Assembly: GCF_009914755.1 (NCBI RefSeq)
Contig: NC_060941.1
Length of the DNA: 64,000 nt
Strand: one strand, 5' to 3'
DNA from: the human T2T-CHM13v2.0 reference genome, Homo sapiens
The stretch's first letter is position 1, and every line of letters starts with the position of its first letter. Both the position numbers and the translations under genes were made by a program. Of the stretch, positions 15,419-39,799 are shown piece after piece. A model generated the notes under the pieces. It was not told the origin of the DNA. It saw only the letters and a list, made by a program, of their open reading frames with translations, and did no database searches.

Positions 15419-16218
15419 GTAAAAGTTTGGATCCTCTCCCCACAAACGAGCAAAATTATCTGTACATTGAAAATTATGCATTGAGAAAATTCACATTACT
15501 CTAGAAACCCTTAGACTGCAGTTCCTAACCCAAGTTAAGAACCCGCGGTCCAGGAACTAGGGGTAACGATAGAAGAGAGACTTGTTTTTCTTTGTATAAC
15601 CATTTGCACCGTTGTAACTTTTTGACCATGTTTCTTTATCCAAATGAAATTTCCGAAAAAAGAAAACTCCTGCCCCAGAACTTCGTAGGAAAACTAGCTT
15701 GATTATGGAATTACAAATAATAGTAAGAGAAAAAAGGCTAAGTGGTGGCCGTGATAGGACTTAATGGTATTTCAATTCCCAGAGTTACAGTGGCGGCTTC
15801 AAGGGATTGTTGAATAATTGGGAGTACTTGTTTCAGCTTCTTTCCTTCCTCAGCCTGAACATCTGCTGTTTATGTAACTTAATTTCCTAAGTCTGCGATT
15901 TCAAGAATTTGATGCAACATCTTTCTGTTCTAGGAATTTACCATGGAAATTATTGGCCATAATTGTTGGTGACACTATCAAACTCATAGTCACTCTATAA
16001 CGATGTAAGTCCAGAAAACAGCCATAATAATAATGTCCTGATTGATATTTAGAGCTAAAAGAAGTGGAAAGAGTTATTTCAATTTACCCTTCACCTGGTA
16101 CTTCAGTGTTAAGTGGTTAAATAATTCCACAAAAAATAAACACTCTTAATCTTCTTCAGTCTATATAAATTCTTACTCTATACTGTGAACCTAGGAAAGC
16201 TGTGGATGGCCTCAAGAT

Positions 16219-17069
<851 letters not shown>

Positions 17070-17212
17070 AAAGGGATCCATGAATCCCCTAACATTGAAT
17101 GCACATGTTCTTGGACATTTTGGCTAAATCAGGACCCGTATTAAGCTCCTGTAAACAGGTAAAGGTGTGTCAGACACACATATTGATTGCTTTATGGACC
17201 TTAGATGCTGAG

Positions 17213-17572
17213 TGTATTAGTCCGTTTACACACTGCTAATAAAGACATAGCTGAGACTGGGCAATTTATAAAAGAAAGAGGTTTATTGGGTTTACAGTTC
17301 CACATGGCTGAGGAGGCCTCACAATCATGGTGGAAGGCAAGGAGGAGCAAGTCACATCTTAATGTGGATGGCAGCAGGCAAAAAGAGACAACCGAAAGGA
17401 GTTTCTCCTTATAAAACCATCAGATCTCATGAGACTACCACAAGAACAGCGTGGGAGAAACCACCCCCATGATTCAGTGATCTCCCACTGGGTCCCTCCC
17501 ACAACACGTGGGAATTATCAGAGTACAATTCAAGATGAGATTTGGGTGGGGACACAGAGCAAAACCATATGA
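17213..17572 (-). mobile_element. THE1 solo LTR (MaLR)
   Basis: 360 bp, TGTATTAGTCCG...AAAACCATATGA on the plus strand. Perfect 5-bp TSD CTGAG (17208-17212 and 17573-17577). Confidence 0.9.
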
Positions 17573-17739
17573 CTGAGTTAGACATTAAAAAATGTATATA
17601 GTCACAAAGGGGACTCTGGATGGAAGGGCCTCTTGATCCCTTCTTCACTGCTTTCAGATTGAAAGTTATTCAGATGTGTATGATGGACTAGGAGGTCGTG
17701 ACCAAGAGCAGATAAACTGCCAGAAAGGATAAGTCCCCT

Positions 17740-22425
<4,686 letters not shown>

Positions 22426-22699
22426 TTATTTAAAATGGGAGAATGATAGGGAAGCAATTCTAAAGAATAACCCTCATTTATAGCCTCTAGTCCCAAAACA
22501 GTCTCACACTACATGTCAGTTTTCTTTCTAAGTCATCAATCAGATCAGATCAGAGTACTCTCCTGCCCTAAAGCTCGCAGATATTCTGAAGAAGTGCCCA
22601 GACAAGATTATTACTGGGTGAAGTGGGGAATAAGTGAAAGGGTATCACCAGAGACAGGTTAACTTTGAAGGGAAAGCAGTAATTTTGGATATAATAGCC

Positions 22700-24570
<1,871 letters not shown>

Positions 24571-24584
24571 CTCATACATACCCT

Positions 24585-25373
24585 GACAAAGCCCAAGCCT
24601 CGTGGAAGGCTACATGTAAACACTCTGGTCAGCAGCTCCAGAGCACAGCCCTTGAGTCATCCCAGCCCAGCTACCAGATGTTTAAGTGAAGAACCTGTAG
24701 ACGATTCCAACTGTAAGACATTTGAGTCACCCTTTATTTTGTCCCACTGAACCTATAGCTTGGGTCACCCCAAAAGTGGAGGCAAGAATGTTCCCACAAA
24801 GTGCTCCAAACCATCTCAAGATGGGGCTGATTGGGATTCACAAGAAAGAAGCACAAAATGCCAGGGTGATCAGTCCAAAGCAATTATTAGTGGAACTTAG
24901 ATGCAGAGTGCTGCCTCATATCCTCATGACAGAGGGCAAGAGAAAAAGAATGTTCTACCCGGGTATGTCTGCAGCAAAGGGGTCAAAGCATAGAGTTTAC
25001 ATGAGGGTTTTAGGAATTTGACTCAGTGCTGGGGCTGGTTTCTTTCTAGTAAACCTAATTACCTTTATCAGGGCCTGGGGACATTCAAGGCCACAGTTTG
25101 AATTCAAGCTTGCTGGGAAAAACATACAGCTGGCAGAATCACAGAGTGGTCAAGACACTCTGATTTTTGGTCAGGACACAGAAAGTGGGGGAAACTGGGA
25201 GACCCTATACCTTCAGTCTTCCTAGATGAGGGCCCAGCATCATGGAGCTGAAACAAGCATCCCTGCTGTGCTCTGTTTGAATTCCTTACTCACAAAAGCA
25301 TAATAAAATGGTAGTTCATTTATATCACAAATGTTGGGGGTGGTTTGTTATGCCAAAATAGATAACTGGAACA
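24585..25373 (+). mobile_element. MLT1-family LTR with an inserted ERVL-type LTR (~24750-25210)
   Basis: MLT1 end GGTGGTTTGTTATGCCAAAATAGATAACTGGAACA, with an unrelated LTR-like block in the middle. Confidence 0.55.
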
Positions 25374-25466
25374 CCCCATCCCAATCCTCTAAAGTTCCCA
25401 GGAACTCATTGTCTTAGACTCCATAATTTTCAGGGATACATATCACTAAGCATGCGGATACATTCA

Positions 25467-25805
<339 letters not shown>

Positions 25806-25957
25806 CTAGACAACTTTCATAGTTTACAGACTATGACTCTGCTACACTTTAAAGAGTGAACTAGGCCAGGCACAGTGGCTCATGCTTGTAATCCCAGCAC
25901 TTTGGGAGGCCGAGGCAGGCGGATCATGAGGTCAGGAGATAGAGAACATCCTGGCTA

Positions 25958-26180
<223 letters not shown>

Positions 26181-27225
26181 TCAAAATGGAGACAACGATT
26201 TTTGTCCTAAATCTGAAGTCTTCTTCGGAGCCCTCCAAGTCTAAAGTGCATGTATTCGTTGCCTATCAAATAAATAGGGTCTTGTCATGGCACACCTATG
26301 GCACCACACATCATATAAGCTAAATGACTAGGTCATTTTGTAATGACCCATGTAACTTGAAACTACCAAAAATCAAAGCAAGTCTTTGTCAACAAGTTCT
26401 GGTCATCCGAGAAAACAATGCAGATAAGAAATCCAGCCTAATTATTTTTTGTTTGCTTGTCTTGAGACAAGGTCTTGCTCTGTTGCCCAGACTGAAGTGT
26501 AGTGGCGCCATCACAGCTCACTGCAAACTTGACCTCCTGGGCTCAAGTGATCCTCCCACCTCAGCCTCCTGAGTAGCTGGAACTACAGGCACACGACACT
26601 AGCCCAGCTAAATATATATATTTGTAGGCACAGGATTTTGTCATGTTTCCCAGATTGATCTCAAACTCCTGGTCTCAAGCAATCTGCCAGCCTCCAGAAG
26701 TCTTGGGATTACTGGTGTCAAACACCACACCTGGCCTAAATCCAGCCTAATTCTCATCATCCCTCATCACCCATATCTGCAGAAAACTAAAGAGTTTTCT
26801 GAACATGTTCATAGTTACCATCCATCTTGTCCTGGCCCCTTTAAATTCACCCTGCTTGTTAGACATAGATCCTATGGCCAAAATTAATCCAAACTGCTAC
26901 CTGCTAGGCTGTTCCCTTGTTCTTCATCTTTACTGTCTCCACTAACAAAAACACCTCCCTGCTGGGTGTGGTGGCTGACATCTGTAATCCCAGCATTTTG
27001 GGAGGCTGAGGCAGGAGGATCACTTGAGCCCAAGAGTTAGAGACCAGCCTGGGCAACATAGCAAGACACAATCTCTACAAAAAATTTTTGTAAAACATTA
27101 CGCAAATGTGGTGGGGCGCATCCGGCTACTTCGCTGAGGCTGATGCAGGAGGATTGCTTGAGCCCGGGAGATCAGCGCTGCAGCGAGCAGGGTTCACACC
27201 ACTGCATTCCAGCCTGGGCGACTGA

Positions 27226-27675
<450 letters not shown>

Positions 27676-27678
27676 CTA

Positions 27679-28142
<464 letters not shown>

Positions 28143-29239
28143 TCACAACAAACAAACAAAAAAAACCATCATCCCTATTTTGCTCTAAGAAGCAAAACAA
28201 GGTATAGCCTGTGATTAGGCCAGTCCTTATTTTGAAGAAGCCCACCTGAGGCTGAAGCAGGAGGATTGCTTGAGCCTGGGAGGTAAGATTGTGCACACAC
28301 AATCTGCCTACTTGACAATCTGAAGTAGAAACCCAGCATAGAAGGACTGAGTAGTTCTGGATTTGTGCTGCCAAGGCTGGTTTAATATATGGAATAAAGG
28401 CTTAAGGATCATATATGGAAAGACAGATATGTAACCAATGATAATTCATTGTGAAAAGTCTGTGGTAGAGTTTGCACAGAATCTTATGGGAGCACAGAGG
28501 AGGAGATAATGACTTGTTTTGGGTTGTAATAATGCTGTAACAGTTCCAATATAGGTCAATGCTCAAGTATTTTTAGTTGCAATGAAACTCATAGGAAAAT
28601 AACAATGGAACAGATTTACTTGGGCAATTATAAGTGCGTTCATTTTCTTTCTTTTTTTTTAACGTGGGTTCGTTTTCACCTTGACATTGCACCTAGTAAA
28701 ATTTTCTGGAATCTTTTCTAATTATCAGAATGTATAAAATACATAGAAGTTTGTGAATCAAAGTTGTGGTTCTTGGCTGGCTGTGGCAGCTCACACCTGT
28801 AATCTCAACGCTTTGGGAGGCTGAGGTGGCTGGATTGCTCAAGCTCAGGAGTTTGAGACCAGCCTGGGCAACATGGTGAAACCCTGTCTCTATGAAAAAT
28901 TTTTTAAACATTAGCCAGGCATGGTGGCATGCACCTGTGGTCCCAGCTTGTTCAGGAGGCTGAGGGGAGAATCCCTTGAACCTGGGAGGCAGAGGTTGCT
29001 GTGAGCCAAGATCACGCCACTGCACTTCAGCCTGGGTGACACAGTGAGTCCTTGTCTCCAAAAAAAAAAAAAAAAAAAATTGTAGTTCTTTATTTGTAAT
29101 GGTGAAAGGTTATGACTTTTTCAATGAGATAGAAAATAGCAAAGATCATGGATCAGGAAAAAAATTTAAAAGGAGTTCAAAATGCACCTGGCCAACATAG
29201 TGATACCCTATCTCTACAAAAGAAAAATAAAATTAGCTA

Positions 29240-29545
<306 letters not shown>

Positions 29546-29789
29546 TTAAAATGTGCAAATGACACATTTTTAACTTAGAATGCAACATATATGGTGAGGC
29601 CATCTACTGAGCTTAACAAATACTGAGGAATTTGTGTCCAACTTTTTATTTATTAAGGTTGATGTATCTATAAGATGTTCAGGTAGCTATAGTCCCAGCT
29701 ACTCTGGAAGCTGGGCAGAGGTAGGAGGATTTCTTGAGCTGAGTTGTTTTGATCCAGCCTGGGAAACATAGCAAGACCCCATATCTTAA

Positions 29790-30063
29790 AATAAATAAAT
29801 AAATAAATATATACACACACACATACATATATATTATATATGATACATTATATATATGTATTATACATCATCATATATGTGTGTGTGCATATAATATATT
29901 ATGTATTATACATAATATATGTATAATACATGATATATGTGTGTATACATATAATATATGCAATTACATATTATACATAATACATAATATATAACATGTA
30001 TAATACATTATAATATATACAAAATATATATTATGTATACATATACCCACACACATATATATG
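29790..30063. repeat. AT-rich (TA/CA/TG) low-complexity repeat grown from an Alu tail
   Basis: (TAAA)n followed by degenerate TATA/TACA/TGTG runs. Confidence 0.85.
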
Positions 30064-30167
30064 TTCAGGAAGACATGGGAAAAAGCTTTAAGACTAAGGA
30101 AATAACCTGATAATTGTTGATAGGTAACGATAAGAGAGTATAGTATATCGAAAGAGAGAAAGAATAT

Positions 30168-30898
30168 TGCTATGGTTTGAATGTTTGTCCCCTCTGAAAC
30201 TCATGTTGAAACTTAGGCTGGGCACAGTGGCTCATGCCTGTAATCCCAACACTTTGGAAGGCCAAGGTGAGAGGATCTCTTGAGCCCAGGAGTTCAAGAT
30301 CACCCTAGGCAACATAGTAAGACCCTGTCTCTACAAAAAATTTTAAAAATTTGCTGAATGTGGTGGCACAAACCTGTAGTCCCAGCTACTTGGAAGCCTG
30401 AGGTGAGAGAATCATTTGAGCCCAAGAGTTTGCAGTGGCAGTGAGCTGTGATCATGCCATTGCACGCCAGCCTGAATGATACAGTGACTGTCTCAACGGA
30501 AAAAAAATGAAAAGAACCTTAATCCATAGTGTAACAGTGTTAGGAGGTGGTGCTTTTAAAAGGTGATTGGGTCATGAAGGCTCTGACCTCATGAATAGAT
30601 TAATCTATTCATGTGTTAATGTATTAATGAATTATCATGGGAGTGGGTGAGTTATCATGGGAGTGGGTCTGTTATAAAAGGCCAGGTTGACTCTCTCTCC
30701 TGAGCTCCCTAGCCACGTGATGCCCTGTGCTGCCTCAGGACTCTGCAGAGGGCCCCCACCAGCAAGAAGACCCTCACCAGATATAGCCTTCAACCTTGGA
30801 CTTCCCAGCCTCCAGAGCTGTACAAAGTAAATTTATTTTTCTTATAAATTACCCCATCTGAGATATTAAGTTGTAGCAACAGAAAATGGACTAAGACA
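30168..30898 (+). mobile_element. MST-family LTR with an Alu insertion
   Basis: TGCTATGGTTTGAATGTTTGTCCCC...GCAACAGAAAATGGACTAAGACA. Confidence 0.8.
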
Positions 30899-30998
30899 AA
30901 TGTGTAATTCAAGAGAAAAGAAAAAGAGATCACATTATAATCTGCCCCCTAAGATCTCTTATAATGATTTGTTATAATTTATATTATAGTGTAATATA

Positions 30999-31340
30999 CA
31001 GTAGTCACCCCTTATCTGCTATTTCACTTTCTGCAGTTTCAGTTACTCACAGTCAACTGGGGTCCAAAAATATTAAATGGAAAATTCCAAAAATAAATTC
31101 ATAAGTTTTAAATTGCCCGTCATTCTGAGTAGTGTGAAAAAAATCTCACATGGTCCCACTCCATTCTGCTCTGTCCTGCCCAGGACATGAATCATCTTTT
31201 TGTACAGTTTGTCTACATTGTATACACTCATTACTGTATATCAAAAAATATGCTATATGTAGGGTTTGATGCTATCTGAGGTTTCAGGCATCCACTGAGA
31301 GTCGTGGAATGTATCCGCCACAGAAAAGGAGGGACTGCTA
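30999..31340. mobile_element. Tigger2/MER8-like DNA transposon
   Basis: TA-flanked terminal inverted repeats CAGTAGTCACCCCTTATCTG and CAGAAAAGGAGGGACTGCTA. Confidence 0.7.
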
Positions 31341-32109
31341 TATACGGATGCCTTATCTCCCAAACTGGTCCATAAGTTTTTTGTGTTTTTTTTTTTGAGA
31401 TGGAGCCTCGCTCTGTCCCCCAGGGTAGAGTGCAGTGGCACAGTCTCGGCTCACTGCAACCTCTACCTCCCAGGTTCAAGCAATTCTTCTGCCTCAGCCT
31501 CCTGAGTAGCTGGGATTACAGGCGTGTGCCACCACACCCGGCAAATTTTTGTATTTTTAGTGGAGATGGGGTTTTGCCATGTTGGCTAGGCTGGTCTTGA
31601 ACTCCTGACCTCGGTGATCTGCCTGCCTTGGCCTCCCAAAGTGCTGGGATTACAGGCAAGGGCCACCATGCCCAGCCCTCATAAGCATCTTGAGGACAGA
31701 AACATAAATATGTATTTCAGGTACCAAGCATAGTGCAGATATAGGATGAGTATTTAATAACTGGATGAAAAGGAAAGATCCTTCCTATTTTTCTCTAGGG
31801 GGGAAAGCACATTTTGCACATAGGTGTTTATGTAGGTGTTTGCTGCATCGCAAAACATTTACTTTCTGTAAAACCCAAGGTAGCAAAAACATACACTTTA
31901 AAATATTTTTTCCTGCTGAGTGTGGTGGTGCACAACAATAATCCCAGCCACTCAGGAAGCTGAGGCAGGAGGATCACTTGAGCCCAGGAGTTCGAGGCTC
32001 TAGTGAGCTGTGATTGCACCTGTGAATAGCCACTGTACTCTGGCCTGGGTAACATAGCAAGACCTCATCTCTAAAAAAAAAAGAAAAAGAAAAAGAATTT
32101 TCTTCCTTT

Positions 32110-33125
<1,016 letters not shown>

Positions 33126-33189
33126 TGGCTGGGAACGATGGCTTGGGCCTGTAATCCCATCACTTTGGGAGGCCAAGGCGGGTGGATCA

Positions 33190-33435
<246 letters not shown>

Positions 33436-33500
33436 TCATGCCTGTAATCCCAGCACTTTGGGAAGCTGAGGCGGGCGGATCACCTGAGGTCAAGAGTTCA

Positions 33501-33773
<273 letters not shown>

Positions 33774-36072
33774 CTAATGGGTGTGAAGTGGTATTAAAAT
33801 ATTTTTGTAGCCAGGTGCAGTGGCTCATGCCTGTAATCTCAGCACTTTGGGGAGGCCAATGAGAGAGGATCACTTGAGCTCAGAAGTTCAGGGCAGCAGT
33901 GAGCTAGAATGGCACCATTGTGCTCCAGCCTGGGCGACTGGGCAACAGAGACTCTGTCTCTTAAAAAAAAAGGCTAGGTGGTGGCTCACGATCACTTGAA
34001 CCCAGGAGTTGAAGACCAGCCTGGGCAACATAGTGAGACCCTATCTCTACAAAATTTTTTTAAAAATTTAAAAAAGTAGCCAGTTGTGGTAGTGCATGCT
34101 TTTGATCCCAGCTACTTGGGAGGCTGAGATAAGAGGATCGCTTGAGCCTGGGAGGTCAAGACTGCACTTGTGAGTGATGATTGCACCACAGCACTTCAGC
34201 TAGGGTGACAGAGCAAAACCCTGTCTCTAATTAATTAAAATACATTTTTAAAATTTTGTCTTACAAAATCCACAGAAGGGTGAGCTAGCCTGATAAGAAA
34301 GGCCTATTAAGTTTAGAGTTGAAGACACTAAAGTTACATCAGAAAATGTTTAGGCAAACATGTTAGGAAACTTAAAAATGTTCAACTGGTTTTTTGATGT
34401 TTTCGCACATCTTCAAATAGATTATGTATGAGGATGTTTATACAGTTTGTTTATGTGGTAAGATATCAGTTTCTATGTTTGTTTGTTTTTGAGACAGGGT
34501 CTCACTCTGTTGCCCAGGCTGGAGCGCAGTGGCACAATCACAGCCCACTATAGCCTCAACCTCCCTGGGCTCAGGTGATCCTCCCACCTCAGCCTCCTGA
34601 GGAGCTGGGACCACAGGCGTGCACCACCATGCCCGCTTAACATAACCGTTTTAATTGTGAACTGAACTTACTCTGCAACCCCTCCCCTGCATTGAGACAA
34701 CAGCTATTGTGGTTCTATGTTTACTTATTTTAAGTGAGAGGGCACAGAAGAGAGAAACAGGAGCCTTTTGTTTAAAAGTCTAGCCCCTGCCGGGAAATAG
34801 AAAGCGCTAATATGCATAGACACAGCCGTAGATTTGGGAGCAACTTGATGAATAGAGCTTCTGCATCCCTTAGACCAGCCAGTTTCCCTGGAGAGGAGAA
34901 AGGAAAAGGAGGGAAAGCCCAAAGTAGAAAGCATAGGAATCTTATTATGTAGAAAGTACCCTGTACCCCGTCCCCTCACCACCCCACCACTACCTCCACT
35001 CATGGATCCCAGAGTAGGAATCAAAAACTAAAGATCTGTGGCATCTGAGTACATAGGACCTACTTTCACAGGAAGATTTGAGAAAGGCAGTAGGAACCCA
35101 AAGTGGAACAGCTGCCTGATATGCCCAGGCTGTTAGGCCTTAGACAACATCTCCGGGCCCTGCAGCATGATATGGGAGTCGTACAATGATGCTCTTGAAT
35201 TATCTGGTGGTAACTAGCATCTGTGAAGTGTTTTGGGTAACTCAAGAGTTGCTCAGAAAAACAGAATGATTTCTGTGTGTTTAGGAACTTTAGGCAGCCT
35301 CCCGAACTGGCCACTGGCAGCCTGTTACAGGGGGTGACAATTCCAAGGTGCCCTGGAGAAAGGAGAGAGAAATCTGCCTCTCAAGAAGCTCTGTGATCCA
35401 GAAGGAGGAAAGCACAGCAGTGATGGGCACAGACCATGGCCAAGGGCAAAATAGACATTGGCCATCTTGCAGATGCTGATCACTAGCAGGATGAAACAGC
35501 TCTAAGCATTTTTTGGTCCTTAGATCACACGACTCAAAATTAAAATTCCAGGGATAGAAAGGCTGATTGGCTCTCTTGGTCACATGTCCACCTTTGGCCA
35601 GAGGACAGGTCAATATAATTGTTCACCAAAACTACATCAGCTAGCAAAAGGATAATAACCTAAGAAAACAATCAGGGGATGTTACCAAAAGACAGGATCA
35701 GGAATGTCTGGCAAGCAAAAACTACAAATATCTGAATTCACCACAGGGACTTACAGTGTCAAAGATAAAGTAGCTTGTTGGGTTTTTGTTTTTCTTCCCA
35801 AAAAACTATCTGCAAGTAAAGATATGATAGTGTTTTTTTGTTTTGTTTTGTTTTTGAGACAGAGTTTCACTCTTGTTGCCCAGCCTGGAGTGCAGTGGCA
35901 CGATCTTGGCAACCTCTGCTTCCCGGGTTCAAGCAATTCTCCTGCCTCAGCATCCCAAGTAGCTGGAATTACAGGTGTGCGCCACCATGCCTGGCTAATT
36001 TTGTATTTTTTTAGTAGAGACAGGGTTTTGCCATGTTGGTCAGGCTGGTCCTGAACTCCTGACCTCAGGTGA

Positions 36073-36165
<93 letters not shown>

Positions 36166-37350
36166 TAGACAGGGTCTCACTCTGTCTCCCAGGCTAGCTC
36201 ACTATAGACTCCAACTCCTGGGCTCAAGCGATCCTCCACCTTAGCCTCCTGAGTAGCTGGGACTACAGGGTGCAATGCACGCCACCACGCCTGGCTATAA
36301 AAAAAAAACCAACTTTTAAGGCATAATTTACATACAATAAAAGTGATACATTTTAAGTGTACACATTGATGACTTTTGACAGATGTACACATGTATGTAA
36401 CCACCACCCCCAGTCAAGATGGACATTCCCATCTCCCAAGAAGTTCCCTGGTGATCCTGTGCAGTCAGTTGTCACAAATGCCCCAGCCCAGGCAACCACT
36501 GATGTGATTTCTGGTACTATTGATTAGTTTTGCCTGTTGTAGAATTTTGTCTAAATGGGTAATGGTCTAATACTTTTAATATTCCATTTTATTTCCTATT
36601 AGCTTTTTAGCTGTACCTTTTTAAAATTATTTTTTGGAGACTGCCCTATGGCTAACAATATGAGTCCTTAACTTACCAGACTCTATTCAGTCAATACTGT
36701 CTCTTTACAATTAACACTTCCCAGTTTCTATACAAGCCCCCTTCTACTTATCTCACACTTTCTGCTGCACAATGAAATACCTTTACAATAAATAAAAAAT
36801 TTACAAATACATTTATCTGCCTTCCTGTATTTTGATGATTTTATGATTATTGTCATATCTTTTATTTCTACATTTATTATAAGCTCCTCTTACAGTATTT
36901 TGTTTTTTCTTTTCTTTAAAGAATCATCGCCTTTTAAGTAAATCACAAGAAAGAACACAATCTTTTTTTTTTTTTTTGAGACAGAGTCTGGCTCTGTGCC
37001 CAGGCTAGAGTGCAGTGGTGTGATTGGCTCACTGCAACATCTGCTTCCCAGGTTCAAGCAATTCTTCTGCCTCAGCCTCCCAAGTAGCTGGGACTACAGG
37101 GCCCTGCCACTATACCCAGCTAGTTTTTGTATTCTTAGTAGAGATGGGATTTCACCATGTTGACCAGGCTGGTCTTGAACTGTTGACCTCAGATAATCCA
37201 CCTGCCTCAGCCTCCCAAAGTGCTGGGATTACAGGCGTGAGCCACTGCGCCCTGCCACAGAATCTTGTATGTTTAGCAATTTTTTTTTCTTTTTTCTTTC
37301 TTTCTTTCTTTTTTTTTTTTTTTCAGATGGAGCCTTGCTCTGTCACCCAG

Positions 37351-37525
37351 GCTGGTGTGCAATGGCACAATCTCGACTCACTGCAACCTCCATCTCCAAG
37401 GTTCAAGTTATTCTCCTGCCTCAACCTCCTGAGTAGCTGGAGTTCAATGGCACAATCTCGACTCACTGCAACCTCCATCTCCAAGGTTCAAGTTATTCTC
37501 CTGCCTCAACCTCCTGAGTAGCTGG
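37351..37525. repeat. 85-bp tandem duplication inside an Alu
   Basis: CAATGGCACAATCTCGAC...GAGTAGCTGG repeated at 37360 and 37445. Confidence 0.92.
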
Positions 37526-38443
37526 GATTACAGACGTGCACAACCATGCCCACCTAATTTTTATTTTTAGTAGAGACCATGTTGGCCAGGCTTGTCTCGA
37601 ACTCCTGACTTCAGGTGATCCTCCTGCCTCGGCCTCCCAAAGTGCTATGATTACAGGCGTGAGCCACCACCACTGTGCCCAGTGTTAGCAATTATTTACA
37701 ACAACTGATACTCTTACCTTTCTTCCTATAGATCTAATTATATGGAAAGATACAATCATTTTTGACCAAATTTTTATCTTACTATGTTGTACTCTACTCA
37801 TCTACATTTCTTCCAGTAGTGGCAGTAATTTTCCTATATACAAATACATCCATATATAAGCACACAGTATATATACAATATATATAAAACATATAGACAA
37901 GTTAAAAATATGGAAGGAAAGATTATAAAAGCAATAAAAACATAAAATATGGAAGAATAAAGTAAAAAAAAATGCGATGGACCTGTGTGGAAAAGCTACA
38001 GGACAATAGGGGGAGGTGAAAGAGGATTTTAATGAAAGGAGGGACATGCTTTGTTCCCGGAAAGACAATATTGTGAAATTTTGACTTCTATTGAGAATAG
38101 AATTGTTTCTACTCTCAACAATTCCACTCATTTTTGTGGTCAAAACAGCATATAGTTGTATCTTTTTTTGGTAAATGCTAAATCTGACAGTTGTTGCCCT
38201 TTAATAAAAGAAACTCTTTCATATATTAATAATTGGTATACCCGATTTTGCTTCAGCCATCATGTTTACACTTTCAGCCATCATGGTTTATACTTTCCAC
38301 TCATTGTATATTCTTGCTTTCTTTCTTTTCCTTGGAAAGAAAAGTCTTCGGCTAAATGGATTTTTTTTTCTTTTTTTAAAGAGAGAGGGTCTTGCTCTTG
38401 TCGCCCATGCTAGATTGCTATGCCACTATCAAAGCTCACTTCA

Positions 38444-38816
<373 letters not shown>

Positions 38817-39646
38817 TTAGAAGTACTGTATCCCCCCTTTTTTTTTTTTTTTTGTCAGAGTCTCGCACTGTCGCCCAGGCTGGAGTGCAGTGGCGCAATC
38901 TTGGCTCACTGCAACCTCCGCCTCCCAGGTTCAAGTGATTCTCCTTGCTTCAGCCTCCTGAGTAGCTGGGATTACAGGTGCACGCTACCATGCCCAGCCA
39001 ATTTTTGTTTTTGCTTTGTTTTGTTTTTTTAAGACAGAGTCTTGCTCTGTTGCCCAGGCTGGAGAGCAGTGGCGTGATCTCTGCTCACTGCAACCTCTGC
39101 TTCCTGGATTCAAGTGATTCTCCTGCCTCAGCCTCTTGAGTAGCTGGGACTACAGGCACGTGCCACCATGCCTGGCTAATGTTTTGTATTTTTAGTAGAG
39201 ACGTGGTTTCACCATGTTAGCCAGGATGGTCTTGATCTCCTGACCTCATGATCTGCCCGCCTTGGCCTCTCAAAGTGCTGGGATTACAGGCATGAGCCAC
39301 TGCGCCCGGCCTAATTTTTGTATTTTTAGTAGAGAAAGTGTTTCATCATGTTGGCCAGGGTGGTCTCGAACTTCTGACCTCAGGTGATCTGCCTGCCTTG
39401 GCCTCCCAAAGTATTGGGATTACAGACATGAGCCACCACACCTGGCCAGAAGTACTGTATCCTGTTTCCACTTTCATGGTGGTGAATTTTACCTTTTAGA
39501 AAACAATAGTTATTTTTATTTTCTGATTATAAAAGTAATACATACTCATGAACAGAAATTTGGAATAAATAGCAAACTAGAAGGAAAGTGCCATGCAGAG
39601 ATAATCACTATTAATATCTTTAATTTTTCGTATTATTAAATTTTTT

Positions 39647-39799
39647 CGACCGCAGCCGCCGCCGCCCGACCGCCGGGAGGATGGAGTTCAGCGGGCAGCG
39701 GAGCTGTCTCAGTCTTTGCCGCCGCGCCGGCGAGCGCCGCCCGGGAGGCAGCGGCTGGAGGAGCGGACGGGCCCCGCGGGGCCCGAGGGCAAGGAGCAG
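39647..39799 (+). pseudogene. Transduced MAST2 exon 1 fragment
   Basis: 153 nt encoding RPQPPPPDRREDGVQRAAELSQSLPPRRRAPPGRQRLEERTGPAGPEGKEQ, recognised as the MAST2 N-terminus without its first ~8 codons. Ends in CAG at the splice junction with SVA. Confidence 0.92.

Larger units (their letters stand above)
14560..15420. promoter_or_regulatory. CpG island / TATA-less, probably bidirectional promoter
   Basis: High CpG density. GC box GGGGCGGGGC at 15141-15150, palindromic CGTCATGACG at 15162-15171 overlapping TGACGTAA (CRE-like), E2F-like GGCGGAAAA at 15211-15219, YY1 motif CCGCCATCTT overlapping the ATG, and palindrome GGAACCCGGGTTCC at 15106-15119. Confidence 0.88.
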
